This document shows, in pieces, positions 7,824 to 16,354 of a DNA stretch of 25,186 bases (within the stretch, counting starts at the first letter, position 1; every line of letters begins with the position of its first letter). The stretch covers positions 96,552-121,737 of the IMG/VR virus record IMGVR_UViG_3300037587_000312, one strand, 5' to 3'. The notes below the pieces were generated by a model. The model made no database searches, had not been told where the DNA came from, and saw nothing but the letters and a program-made list of their open reading frames with translations. The position numbers were made by a program, and so were the translations under genes. This stretch comes from a virus (lineage: Duplodnaviria; Heunggongvirae; Uroviricota; Caudoviricetes).

Positions 7824-8956
7824 ATATCTCTCTCTTCAAGTTCTTTAATCATTGACTTAATATCCTGTACAGCACGGCTACGCATATGCTTCTTATTCTT
7901 TATTAAGAATGCTGCAAGCATTTCTTTTACAGGGACTAGTTTTACTGATACTAATTTCTCTAGTTGTTTATTATCAAACAGTTGAAAGAAAGCTTTAGTA
8001 ATTGTTATAGGCTTCAAGCCAGCAGCAATCGCCCGACCAGTGATAACTTTGATTTTACCAACATTCCAATCTTTATTGATCGGATAGGCATCCTTCCCAT
8101 ATTTATCATAGAACCGCTTAATAGAACCTTCTGAAATCTCCTTAGATATCTCAGAAGGTTCTGAATCATAGTAGCCGCCACTGGACCCAATGTTCACATA
8201 ATCATTTACATCAGGACATTCCTCCGATGCCAGATCCATGAGCAGTTCATACTCACCGGCTCGGTTGAGAAGTGAAGTAGCTTCATATCCGATAGTGAAA
8301 GCACTGACTGTCTGACGATCACGATCCAGATTTACAATATCAGGCGCAAAGTTGTAGCTGAAGGCATAGTCCTTTCCTCCGACAGGTTCAAGTCTGCAAA
8401 CAAATAATCCACCAACGTACACACTAGGGGTATTATCTTCAAAAGCATAAGATTCCCCGTCATCGGCTACAATACAGAGAGAATCCTTTATAAGGGTACG
8501 GTTTTGTACCGTATCAATATCTTCACGAGACAACCCATGAATAGTAAACCGGACAGTCTCAAATTCATCAGAGAACGCATCATCAGTAATTCCAATAGTC
8601 AGGCACTCAGCCTCTAATTGAGGGTGTGGCTTCATAAAAGGAATCCATCGTTGAGATCCATTCTTGATAGTAACCCCAATATTCTGACGAGCCAATACCA
8701 ACAAGGCTAATTTATAACCCTCTCCGAATTTACCTCTCATATCAGGGTTATCTGCTTTAGATGTATTACCTAATAGGAGGCTATCCTTCTCCATCACACC
8801 TTTGTGACTCTCGATGCTGATACTACCAGTCTCGTAGCTAATATCAACACTATAATCCCCTTGATCCATAGCATTCTGGATGATCTCTCGGATAGCCTCC
8901 CAAGTCCCCCAGTGTGAAATGTAATTCCGAGATAGTGGTAATGCAATGTATTCCAT
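7820..8956 (-). CDS. GHKL (HSP90/gyrase-type) ATPase domain protein
   Basis: AIREIIQNAMD (N box), LLLGNTSK and RGKFGEGYKLALLVL (G boxes). AAGGAG RBS. Confidence 0.8.
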   Translation of the reverse strand: MEYIALPLSRNYISHWGTWEAIREIIQNAMDQGDYSVDISYETGSISIESHKGVMEKDSLLLGNTSKADNPDMRGKFGEGYKLALLVLARQNIGVTIKNGSQRWIPFMKPHPQLEAECLTIGITDDAFSDEFETVRFTIHGLSREDIDTVQNRTLIKDSLCIVADDGESYAFEDNTPSVYVGGLFVCRLEPVGGKDYAFSYNFAPDIVNLDRDRQTVSAFTIGYEATSLLNRAGEYELLMDLASEECPDVNDYVNIGSSGGYYDSEPSEISKEISEGSIKRFYDKYGKDAYPINKDWNVGKIKVITGRAIAAGLKPITITKAFFQLFDNKQLEKLVSVKLVPVKEMLAAFLIKNKKHMRSRAVQDIKSMIKELEERDI

Positions 8957-8969
8957 AATGTTCTCCTTA

Positions 8970-9026
8970 AACTAAAAAGCCGTTGTTTCAAAGTATGTGT
9001 GTAGAATACTCGAAACAACGGCTCTT
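8970..9026 (-). terminator. Rho-independent terminator-like hairpin after the NAMPT-like gene
   Basis: Perfect 12-bp arms at 8978-8989 and 9012-9023 (AGCCGTTGTTTC/GAAACAACGGCT), a 5-bp inner stem at 8992-8996/9006-9010, then TTTTAGTTT on the minus strand. Confidence 0.7.
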
Positions 9027-9031
9027 GTCTA
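9003..9031 (-). promoter_or_regulatory. Putative sigma70-like promoter overlapping the hairpin
   Basis: TAGACA (9031-9026)-N17-TATTCT (9008-9003), upstream of the GHKL ATPase RBS. Confidence 0.5.
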
Positions 9032-9044
9032 TAACTTATTTATC

Positions 9045-10598
9045 TTATTCTCCTCGTTGTGAGCGCAGGCGAATCTCAGCCCAAGGTGTTTCTCTCACCA
9101 TCTTACTATCTCGGGCGATAATTGCAAGCTCACCAGTAAGAGCCTCCTCCTCAGTCTGGTTCTCCCACAACCGATACTCTGAACCTTCGCGGCTAACCCG
9201 TAGCAGACCACAAGCAGACTTCTTAGCACCTAGTGCAGTCTTAGGATTCTTCTGCATCGAGACACCTTCACCATTAACAATACTGTGTGTACCTTTAATA
9301 GCAATGCTAAATGAGTCACGAGATGCATCCTTAAGGAATCCCCAAGATCCAGTTCCCATCAGCACGTTTGAAACACACCACCCCTGAGAGACCATAGTCT
9401 CATAGATATTCCACTGCATCTGTGGAGTGATTGCCTCTCCATAAATCAGACCAACTTTAGGATTCAGAATCCGCAGACCTTCATCATTAGTGGTTCCACC
9501 GAAAGTATCCCACAACAACCACAATGCACCCTTACGTTCTGCTGCTGATGCACCATCTGGATCACCACAGATAACCTCAAGAGGTGTCTTAGGTGAAGAG
9601 TCAGGACGGAATACAGCCTTACACAGACCAAAAGAGTCAGGTTGACGAGCAAGGATTTCATCCTTAACCATTGGCAGACCTGTCTCCATCAAACCGAAGA
9701 AATCTTCACTGTCAGCTACATAACTGACAATACCTGTTGGGTAGAGATTAGTATAAACATCTCGTAGTGATTCTACTTCAGCCTGAAGAGGGAATTCATT
9801 GTATCCCAAATTCTTCCGGTAGTAAGCAATCCGTTGAGTTGCAGTGGCATGCTCAAAAGCGTTTACACTCACACCGAGACATTCTTTGTCGCTATCCCCG
9901 TTGTAGTACTCTTCAATACCATCAATCGCCCAAAGGGTATCAGTTCCAATACCAAACAACAAGTGAGCCATAGCGGAGATCATTGAATCCTCCTGTCCAC
10001 GGTGCCCACGACCAGCGAAACAGTGATTTGCAATAGCCAACCATTCAGTAGGAGCGCCACATTTCTCTGCCCAGAACTTACTAGTCTTAAAGTACTGCTC
10101 TGTTACAGTTGCAGCGTTAGCCATAGGCCAATACATACAGGATAGAAATGTCTCACAGTAATTGGTTACCCAATAAAACTCTGGAACAGTATTCCGTACA
10201 GTGAAAACAGGGATACCCATATTTACCTTACAGCCTTCCGGCAAAGCGCGAACTTCAACTGGAAGATATTGCAAGTCATGCAAAGCAGCCATAGCTGCGA
10301 TCTGCTCGTCACCGTGATCTGGCCCAAGATAGTTCTTAACTCGACGAGTGAACTTCTTCATAACCTTCTCTTTCGGTAGAGAAAAGAATGTATCTTCCCA
10401 TTGTTGGAATAGGATCTTTGTTACCATCTCAATACCAAAGTTAACCATCTTACCATCATAATGCTCACGCAATACGTTAGCTAGTCGATCACTTCGTGGC
10501 GTGGCATTAGCTGAAACAGATTCAGTGCCGTTGATATACTGGGAAATGTGGCCCAGTTTATAACCATCTACAATTACATTTTGTGGGATATTTTTCAT
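9045..10598 (-). CDS. Nicotinamide phosphoribosyltransferase-like protein (candidate Namat of NARP1)
   Basis: DGYKLGH..QY, TPRS, LHDLQYLP..ALPEG, WVTNYCETFLS, GTDT, EH, FRPDS, GLIYG, RDSFSIAIK, KNPKT..KKSACGLL. Start revised to 10598 (AGGAG RBS). Confidence 0.9.
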   Translation of the reverse strand: MKNIPQNVIVDGYKLGHISQYINGTESVSANATPRSDRLANVLREHYDGKMVNFGIEMVTKILFQQWEDTFFSLPKEKVMKKFTRRVKNYLGPDHGDEQIAAMAALHDLQYLPVEVRALPEGCKVNMGIPVFTVRNTVPEFYWVTNYCETFLSCMYWPMANAATVTEQYFKTSKFWAEKCGAPTEWLAIANHCFAGRGHRGQEDSMISAMAHLLFGIGTDTLWAIDGIEEYYNGDSDKECLGVSVNAFEHATATQRIAYYRKNLGYNEFPLQAEVESLRDVYTNLYPTGIVSYVADSEDFFGLMETGLPMVKDEILARQPDSFGLCKAVFRPDSSPKTPLEVICGDPDGASAAERKGALWLLWDTFGGTTNDEGLRILNPKVGLIYGEAITPQMQWNIYETMVSQGWCVSNVLMGTGSWGFLKDASRDSFSIAIKGTHSIVNGEGVSMQKNPKTALGAKKSACGLLRVSREGSEYRLWENQTEEEALTGELAIIARDSKMVRETPWAEIRLRSQRGE

Positions 10599-10599
10599 T

Positions 10600-10932
10600 T
10601 TATTTCTCCTTCTCATCAGTATTATCTAGTGTAACTCGTAATTCATTCAGCCGTGTATGTACTTCCTTCAATTTACCCTGAAGTATTGCTTTTGCATACT
10701 CCGCAACCTCGAGACCAACATAGCACCCAGACATATCAATACCTTGTCCTGATCCATCACTGTGTTTGTGGACATGACTATAGTATCCGATATTAAAGTT
10801 TTCAAACCCTCCACTGTCAGGACGGTCATTAGTAATTTCATGGATTGTTTTATCAGCCTCTACTAAAGCTTTCTCGAGCCGACTTTTTAATTTGAACAGG
10901 AATTCCACTTCTGCAAAATCACTTTGTAACAT
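10600..10932 (-). CDS. Hypothetical protein between macrodomain and NAMPT-like genes
   Basis: 110 aa. TAATG overlap with the macro stop, and 1 nt from the NAMPT-like start. Helical ends with a Gly/His-rich middle. Confidence 0.7.
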   Translation of the reverse strand: MLQSDFAEVEFLFKLKSRLEKALVEADKTIHEITNDRPDSGGFENFNIGYYSHVHKHSDGSGQGIDMSGCYVGLEVAEYAKAILQGKLKEVHTRLNELRVTLDNTDEKEK

Positions 10933-11459
10933 TAGGTATCTCCTTGGAGTGAATACATACGATCCTTTGCTGGGATCTCGTTTGGTTTCAGTACGTAAAT
11001 AGTAACGTCATACCCTTTGTCTGTCAACTCTTCTTTGATGATATTCTCGATAATATTCCAATCGCCGCCAGCGAGCTTAGACCCTATTTTAGGGAGACCG
11101 ATTGTTGCAGCAGTCTTGAAATTTCCGAAGCCCATTCTCAAGGAGGATCGGAGAGCATCATAATCAAGATCCATCCGCCCTTCTTTTCTACCCCACCAAG
11201 CGTACTGAGAATATAGGTTCAACACATGGATGCCACCCTCTGGATAAAAGGCATGATACCCGTATGAAAATCCTCCGAGTTTCTCTTTATCCCCTTTTAC
11301 AGTCGCTTGGTCTGCCTCCCAAGCTTCAGGGAACTCCTTAGCGATCAAAGGTGCAATACCACTCTTCATTACATTAAAGCAGTTGCATCCATGACCAATG
11401 ACATCAACTTCCCCATCAAGTGCAGCTTGGATCAGGCTCTTTACTTTATACTTTGACAT
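10932..11459 (-). CDS. Macrodomain (ADP-ribose binding/hydrolase) protein
   Basis: VIGHGCNCFNVMKSGIAPLIAKEFP, VLNLYSQY, IGLPKIGSKLAGGDW. Start revised to 11459 (AGGAGG RBS). Confidence 0.9.
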   Translation of the reverse strand: MSKYKVKSLIQAALDGEVDVIGHGCNCFNVMKSGIAPLIAKEFPEAWEADQATVKGDKEKLGGFSYGYHAFYPEGGIHVLNLYSQYAWWGRKEGRMDLDYDALRSSLRMGFGNFKTAATIGLPKIGSKLAGGDWNIIENIIKEELTDKGYDVTIYVLKPNEIPAKDRMYSLQGDT

Positions 11460-12057
11460 ATTTCCTCCTAAACTTATGACCACAATGGGATTTTCTTTTC
11501 CCGTGAACAACAGCCGATACTAATCTAAAATCGAACCCTTTCTCAGCCATTTCTTTGTTCCCATGTAAAGAGTATAGGTAATTCCCCTCCATATCAAGAA
11601 CTTCTACAGGTGACTCATACCTAGCTGAATCTTTTCCTATCTTGATAACCTTAAGGCCAATACTTATGGCATGCGTTTGATTTTCACTATTGGTACACCA
11701 TTCTAGATTAGAGATATAATTATTTTCCTTATCCCCATCGATATGATTAACCTGCTCTTTTCCTTTAGGATTCGCTATGAATGTCTGGGCGACTAACCTG
11801 TGAACCTTCCTTGTAACAGATTTACGGTTTAATCTCAACCTAATCCTCACATAACCATACTTATCCACTTGTGGTGAAAGCATGTGTCCTTTCAAGACCC
11901 TATCAGGCTTATTATCTGAGTATTGAATAACCCTAGTCACAGATCTTACTGACCCATAAGTAGAAACTTCATAGGCTCCTTGGAATTCCTCAATCGGCAA
12001 CCATACCTCAGACTTTGATGTAGTTAACTCTGTCACGCAACTCCTCTGGAACTTCAT
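11446..12057 (-). mobile_element. NUMOD4-HNH free-standing homing endonuclease
   Basis: EVWLPI..YEVSTYGSVRS (NUMOD4) and VHRLVAQTFI..VNHIDGDKENNYISNLEW (HNH). An in-frame GTG at 12036 preceded by GAGGAG is a likelier start. Confidence 0.9.
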
Positions 12058-12856
12058 CTTGGTCTATAAAACAGTTAGCAACATAAAGTTCATCAATTTT
12101 TCCCATTAAGGAATCAAAACCATCAGGAAGAATGGCGTGGGTTACGTATAGAATAACCTTAGCCGCACCTTTCTCCCGAAGCTTGTCTGAAAGGAACATA
12201 AATGTACCCCCTTTGTCAGCAATATCATCTACAATAACACACACCTTACCAGACACATCACCATAAACTTCAGTCCCTGTGATCTTCCCTGTAGCCGCAT
12301 TACGAACTTTATCAGCTCGAACTACCTCACACCCGCCATACATCCAAGCAAGATCGAGAGTCTTCTTATTAGCACCAGCATCGGGTGATACCAGAACTGT
12401 ATTACCATCAAGGATAATATCTGAAAGATCCTGACAGGCGGGAATAATATTCTTTTGTGGACGATTCACACAATTATCCAGAAGAGCAACCCCTACATCG
12501 CTGTGACAGTCCCAGATTTGGACGCTATCAAACTTTAATCCGTTAATGAGGTCAGTGCATACCTTCAAGGCTAACGCCTCACCAGAGGCACATACGCGAT
12601 CCTGACGGGCATACGGAAGATAAGGCATAACAAGGTTAATTACCTTAGGGTTTCGATCACGGCGGATAGCATCTGTCAAAAGTAGCAATGTCATCAGATC
12701 ATCTGAATTACGTACATGGGCTTCGATACGACAAACCTCATTTCCGTAAATAGGTGCTTGTGATACTTTAACCTGTACTTCTCCTCCACTAAAATTAAAA
12801 ATCTTAACGGATGCCTCTTTCTCGTTGAAATATACCTTAAACTTTTCCATTTTCAT
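12008..12856 (-). CDS. Ribose-phosphate pyrophosphokinase-like protein (candidate Adps of NARP1)
   Basis: FSGGEVQVKV, MPYLPYARQDR, DCHS, VSPDAGA, IVDDIADKGGTF, LYVTH. Shorter N-terminus than cellular Prs. Confidence 0.92.
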   Translation of the reverse strand: MKMEKFKVYFNEKEASVKIFNFSGGEVQVKVSQAPIYGNEVCRIEAHVRNSDDLMTLLLLTDAIRRDRNPKVINLVMPYLPYARQDRVCASGEALALKVCTDLINGLKFDSVQIWDCHSDVGVALLDNCVNRPQKNIIPACQDLSDIILDGNTVLVSPDAGANKKTLDLAWMYGGCEVVRADKVRNAATGKITGTEVYGDVSGKVCVIVDDIADKGGTFMFLSDKLREKGAAKVILYVTHAILPDGFDSLMGKIDELYVANCFIDQDEVPEELRDRVNYIKV

Positions 12857-13386
12857 TCTCCTGATATTAATTTAGTAGCGGAAGCAGTAATCTCTTGTTT
12901 TAGGAACCTATAACGAACTTCGTTCAAATCAATCGGTGTGTAATCAGTTTGCTCCAAGCATATATTAAGATACCTAGGATCGTCAAGTACATGCCCGTGC
13001 GTGTGACCATGAATATTCTTCTTACCTCGCAGTTCATCCGTATGAATAGGTGCATGTGTGATCCAGAACTCCTTGTGCTTATACATAGAGTGGATCTCAA
13101 CAAAAACCTCCAGCATATCACTGATACTAGGTCTTGTTTTGTTATCCGTATCATGATTACCCAAGATTAACACTTTCCGCCCTAGAAGGCCAGCAATAAT
13201 CTCTAGGGATGCTGAGTCGAATGCAATATCACCACCAAAAATAATCTTATCACGCTTAGTCACAACACGGTTGTAATTATCCAAGATTATTTTTGTTCGA
13301 TGCTCAACAGTCTCAAAATCTGGCTGGAATTTAAGTATATTCTTATGACCAATGTGCCAGTCCGAGGTAAAATATAGATTAGCCAT
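12853..13386 (-). CDS. Calcineurin-like metallophosphoesterase
   Basis: SDWH (DxH), GGDI (GD), LGNHD (GNH), THAP, HGHTH. Confidence 0.92.
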   Translation of the reverse strand: MANLYFTSDWHIGHKNILKFQPDFETVEHRTKIILDNYNRVVTKRDKIIFGGDIAFDSASLEIIAGLLGRKVLILGNHDTDNKTRPSISDMLEVFVEIHSMYKHKEFWITHAPIHTDELRGKKNIHGHTHGHVLDDPRYLNICLEQTDYTPIDLNEVRYRFLKQEITASATKLISGE

Positions 13387-13729
13387 CTACTCCCCCATAT
13401 AATCTATTAGCTTCATCTGCATCTATCAGGTCTCGAGTCAACCTATTAATCTTAGCTAGATCAAAACGGTGAGCATCACCTCCGCAGACAAACACTGACC
13501 CAACACTACGATAGTGTGTAAATTCCTTAACCTCTGTACCGAATTTATCTTGACATATCTGTGCCGCTTGAAGTTGCTCTTTTTCTTTAGAACTGAGTCC
13601 ACTAAATCCCCAAATAAGGAGTCCAACAAACACAGGGACAATAATGGAGAGTATAATTCTATTAACTGGTTGATCTATACCAATAGAACTGAATGCATTA
13701 TCGATAAAAGTTTTGATCTTTTCCATCAT
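13379..13729 (-). CDS. Predicted single-pass membrane protein
   Basis: Hydrophobic stretch IILSIIVPVFVGLLIWGF followed by a Cys pair. Confidence 0.65.
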   Translation of the reverse strand: MMEKIKTFIDNAFSSIGIDQPVNRIILSIIVPVFVGLLIWGFSGLSSKEKEQLQAAQICQDKFGTEVKEFTHYRSVGSVFVCGGDAHRFDLAKINRLTRDLIDADEANRLYGGVDG

Positions 13730-13738
13730 ATTTCTCCT

Positions 13739-13915
13739 CTATTTCGGACCCGTGTAAGCTGGGGCTGGGATTTTAATCATTGCTTGATAGAACCAATCAC
13801 CAGAACTTACAACCATACCTCCTTGAGGTGTCCAGCCTAGACGTATGTGGCGATTAACCTCAAATTCAAAATTCTCAATAACCCTATCCTTGATAGTCTT
13901 GTATTCAATCATCAT
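13739..13915 (-). CDS. Small protein resembling DUF1737 (58 aa)
   Basis: Not in the track. AAGGAG RBS; MMIEYKTIKDRVIENFEFEVNRHIRLGWTPQGGMVVSSGDWFYQAMIK.. contains the V..GW..QGG..YQAM pattern. Confidence 0.6.
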   Translation of the reverse strand: MMIEYKTIKDRVIENFEFEVNRHIRLGWTPQGGMVVSSGDWFYQAMIKIPAPAYTGPK

Positions 13916-13958
13916 CTTACTCCTTTATTTTGATCCCGCAAAAGGGATTGAGCAAAGC

Positions 13959-14294
13959 TCAACAGCTGGGTGGCCATCTTGGTGGTGTCCACCCAATACC
14001 CTGTAAGGCTTGAGTATATAGCAACTCTTGGTCTCTTTCGTTTGCCCAAAGAGACCCTTTCTCTCTGGCTTCTTTAATAGCTTCAAGTAAAAGGAAGGTC
14101 TCTGCCTCATCGTTCGTTACAGCAAAAGATATATCAGCTCGAAGAGGTATCCCTGTTACAGGATCTACCAAGAAAACCTGATCTTGTTTAATGCTGTTCA
14201 TAATAGTTATCACTTTTACATCATCAATGATACCTGCACGGACATCTAAGACCTTACCTTTTGAACAATATAGTTTACCAAACCAATCAATCAT
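13959..14294 (-). CDS. Hypothetical protein (111 aa)
   Basis: Start revised to the ATG at 14294 (AAGGAG RBS, ATGA overlap). Confidence 0.6.
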   Translation of the reverse strand: MIDWFGKLYCSKGKVLDVRAGIIDDVKVITIMNSIKQDQVFLVDPVTGIPLRADISFAVTNDEAETFLLLEAIKEAREKGSLWANERDQELLYTQALQGIGWTPPRWPPSC

Positions 14295-14527
14295 TTCATC
14301 TCCTTCATTTGTTCCTCTGTTGGTAACAGGTGAGATGTATCTTCGCATACTCCATCCACAATTTCAAATGTTAATGGTAAACCTTGATACTCAAGGATCT
14401 GCCAGAGATGAGCATCCTTAACTTTCTCTATTGATCCACACCAACACGCCATAGGTTCATCAAAAGGATGGTCTAATAGTTCACCCATCCATTGGTTACC
14501 TTTAGTCTTTTTGATTTGTACTATCAC
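14291..14527 (-). CDS. Hypothetical protein
   Basis: 78 aa ORF with a GAGG RBS. Confidence 0.6.
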   Translation of the reverse strand: MIVQIKKTKGNQWMGELLDHPFDEPMACWCGSIEKVKDAHLWQILEYQGLPLTFEIVDGVCEDTSHLLPTEEQMKEMK

Positions 14528-14801
14528 GTTTATACCTCACTCTTCCCAATGCGTATCCGATTTCATTAGAGGAATACATCCCCTCCCAGAACCGAACATC
14601 ATGTACCTGTATACCACAGATCTGAGTCCACATCTTTTTAGCTTCAACAATGTAGATATATCCACTAGACCACTCGTGAACATATGGTCCCCATAATTCA
14701 GTAGCATTATATTCCTTGAGGACAGCGGGAAAATCCCGCTCGTCCTCTACTACAACCAGAAGCCTTTGGTCCTTTGGTGGGCTATACTCAGAAATCGACA
14801 T
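14502..14801 (-). CDS. Hypothetical protein
   Basis: 99 aa ORF overlapping the Pnk stop. Confidence 0.55.
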   Translation of the reverse strand: MSISEYSPPKDQRLLVVVEDERDFPAVLKEYNATELWGPYVHEWSSGYIYIVEAKKMWTQICGIQVHDVRFWEGMYSSNEIGYALGRVRYKRDSTNQKD

Positions 14802-15705
14802 AAGGATCTGCTACTTGTATTACATTGACCCCTAGCAACCTCAGGTGATTTGAAACTTGCGGTCTATCATCGACCCAAGCACAGATATTGTACTTCTTCT
14901 CCATCTCCCAAAGCATACGCTCTTTGATGACGAAATCTTTCTCAAAGTTGCCCTCAGGACGGATGTAGAAATCATCATATAGAAGATCACCTGCATCAAG
15001 CCACTTTTTAGTTAGTTCCTCCGCAGAGCCATCACGACCTGTCGCGATAATGATCTCATAATCCTTAACTACGAAACCATCTAACATATCGCAAACTTCA
15101 CGACGATAATGGTCCTGATCAACCTTCATCCAATCAAAAGGTCCACGGTTATGCATTGTAGCGAGTGTTCCATCTACATCGAAGACGATTGCATCAGGGA
15201 GGCTGTCATTTTGGACATACTTACGAGCACCTTTGTACTCAAGCCATTGCTGATACTGACGATAGATAACCAAATGACCTACACCACCAAACCGTTGTGC
15301 ATCACGTTTCCACAGAGTGTTCAGATCAACTTCAAACTCTTTGAATTCTACTGAATAGCCCATTTCTGTCAGTTTCAGTACCATTGCGTTACGGTTCTTA
15401 GGATTAAGATTCGTTTCACAAATGATGATGTTCTGACCATTATCAAAAGCCTCTTGGATCTGACGATCCTGAATAACGGTTACTTTTTCCTCATTCTGAC
15501 GCTTGAATTTATAACGAGTCCAATCTTTTACGCCCTTGTTTTGAAGGATATCAGTGAAACGGATAACATCTCGCTCGATGACTACCCAAGGATTCTTATC
15601 AGTATCAATATCATTTAGTGGTTGGGTCCGAACGAACTCATCAACCCAAGTGTTTTTGCCGCATGCACTGCAGCCGATTGTCATAATTGCTTTTAGTTTA
15701 TTCAT
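14788..15705 (-). CDS. pseT: T4 PseT-like polynucleotide 5'-kinase/3'-phosphatase
   Basis: N-terminal P-loop GCSACGKNTW, ERD..R and ETNL. C-terminal HAD domain with FDVDGTL, TGR, KDFVIK and VDDRPQV. Confidence 0.93.
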   Translation of the reverse strand: MNKLKAIMTIGCSACGKNTWVDEFVRTQPLNDIDTDKNPWVVIERDVIRFTDILQNKGVKDWTRYKFKRQNEEKVTVIQDRQIQEAFDNGQNIIICETNLNPKNRNAMVLKLTEMGYSVEFKEFEVDLNTLWKRDAQRFGGVGHLVIYRQYQQWLEYKGARKYVQNDSLPDAIVFDVDGTLATMHNRGPFDWMKVDQDHYRREVCDMLDGFVVKDYEIIIATGRDGSAEELTKKWLDAGDLLYDDFYIRPEGNFEKDFVIKERMLWEMEKKYNICAWVDDRPQVSNHLRLLGVNVIQVADPYVDF

Positions 15706-15905
15706 TTAGCCTCCATAAATTTTTCACATGCCTCAATATATACTTCTGAAGCACCGTTGACCTGTTGTTCAAGGTACTCTTGGAATCCTTTTGAGACTTT
15801 ATTAGATCCCCAGTTATTGGCCACATAGTATTTCTTGTGGACACGGAGAATCACCTCTAGGGTTCTCTTATTTTCTTTTAATCTTATTAGCTTCTCGGAA
15901 TCCAT
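15702..15905 (-). CDS. Hypothetical protein (67 aa)
   Basis: Start revised to 15905 (TAATG overlap). Confidence 0.6.
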   Translation of the reverse strand: MDSEKLIRLKENKRTLEVILRVHKKYYVANNWGSNKVSKGFQEYLEQQVNGASEVYIEACEKFMEAK

Positions 15906-16225
15906 TATTTTTCCCACTTAGGTTTAAATTCACGTACCGTTTTAGTAACCTTCCTCGCTCCAGATCCATCATGACCTGACCACTCAAACCCATATTTCTC
16001 ATGGTATTTGATCTTACCTCGTAAGGTTACAGGTTCGAAATCTAAATCATGAAATTTCATAGCTAACTCTATCATTCGTAGATAGAGATTATCAGGTGTT
16101 TCCTTATCCACTTTGAGTGTGATACGTCCACTACAAGGATTGATTGTAATTTTATTCCGTTTACTCTCAACCAAAAGAATATCTAGGTGACGATCCTCTT
16201 TAGGACAACATACTTGATTAACCAT
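15905..16225 (-). CDS. Hypothetical basic protein
   Basis: 106 aa ORF with an AAGGGG RBS. Confidence 0.6.
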   Translation of the reverse strand: MVNQVCCPKEDRHLDILLVESKRNKITINPCSGRITLKVDKETPDNLYLRMIELAMKFHDLDFEPVTLRGKIKYHEKYGFEWSGHDGSGARKVTKTVREFKPKWEK

Positions 16226-16227
16226 GA

Positions 16228-16350
16228 TTAATTCCCCTTCATAAAAGTTTTACAGTTACAATTCTTGCAGACTCTGAGAAGACGATTTTTCTTATCGTTT
16301 CTCAGCTCCTGCTTCTTATTTACCGTTAAACAACGATAGCAGATGTACAC
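16228..16350 (-). CDS. Small Zn-finger-like protein (40 aa)
   Basis: Not in the track. GTG start; MYICYRC..VCKNCNCKTF has two CxxC motifs and fills the gap exactly. Confidence 0.55.
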   Translation of the reverse strand: MYICYRCLTVNKKQELRNDKKNRLLRVCKNCNCKTFMKGN

Positions 16351-16354
16351 TTTA

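Noticed and set aside
10800-10830. RPDSG peptide in ORF110 as a displaced NAMPT motif
   Set aside because: It is a five-residue match with no flanking similarity and is most likely chance.
9045-12856. Classical NadV + NMNAT salvage (NARP2)
   Set aside because: No HxGH nucleotidyltransferase (NMNAT) gene is in the window. It could lie elsewhere in the genome, so this is disfavoured rather than excluded.
13925-14110. Alternative-frame 61-aa ORF suggesting a frameshift in 13959-14294
   Set aside because: No RBS or obvious slippery site, and neither frame has a recognisable domain to arbitrate.
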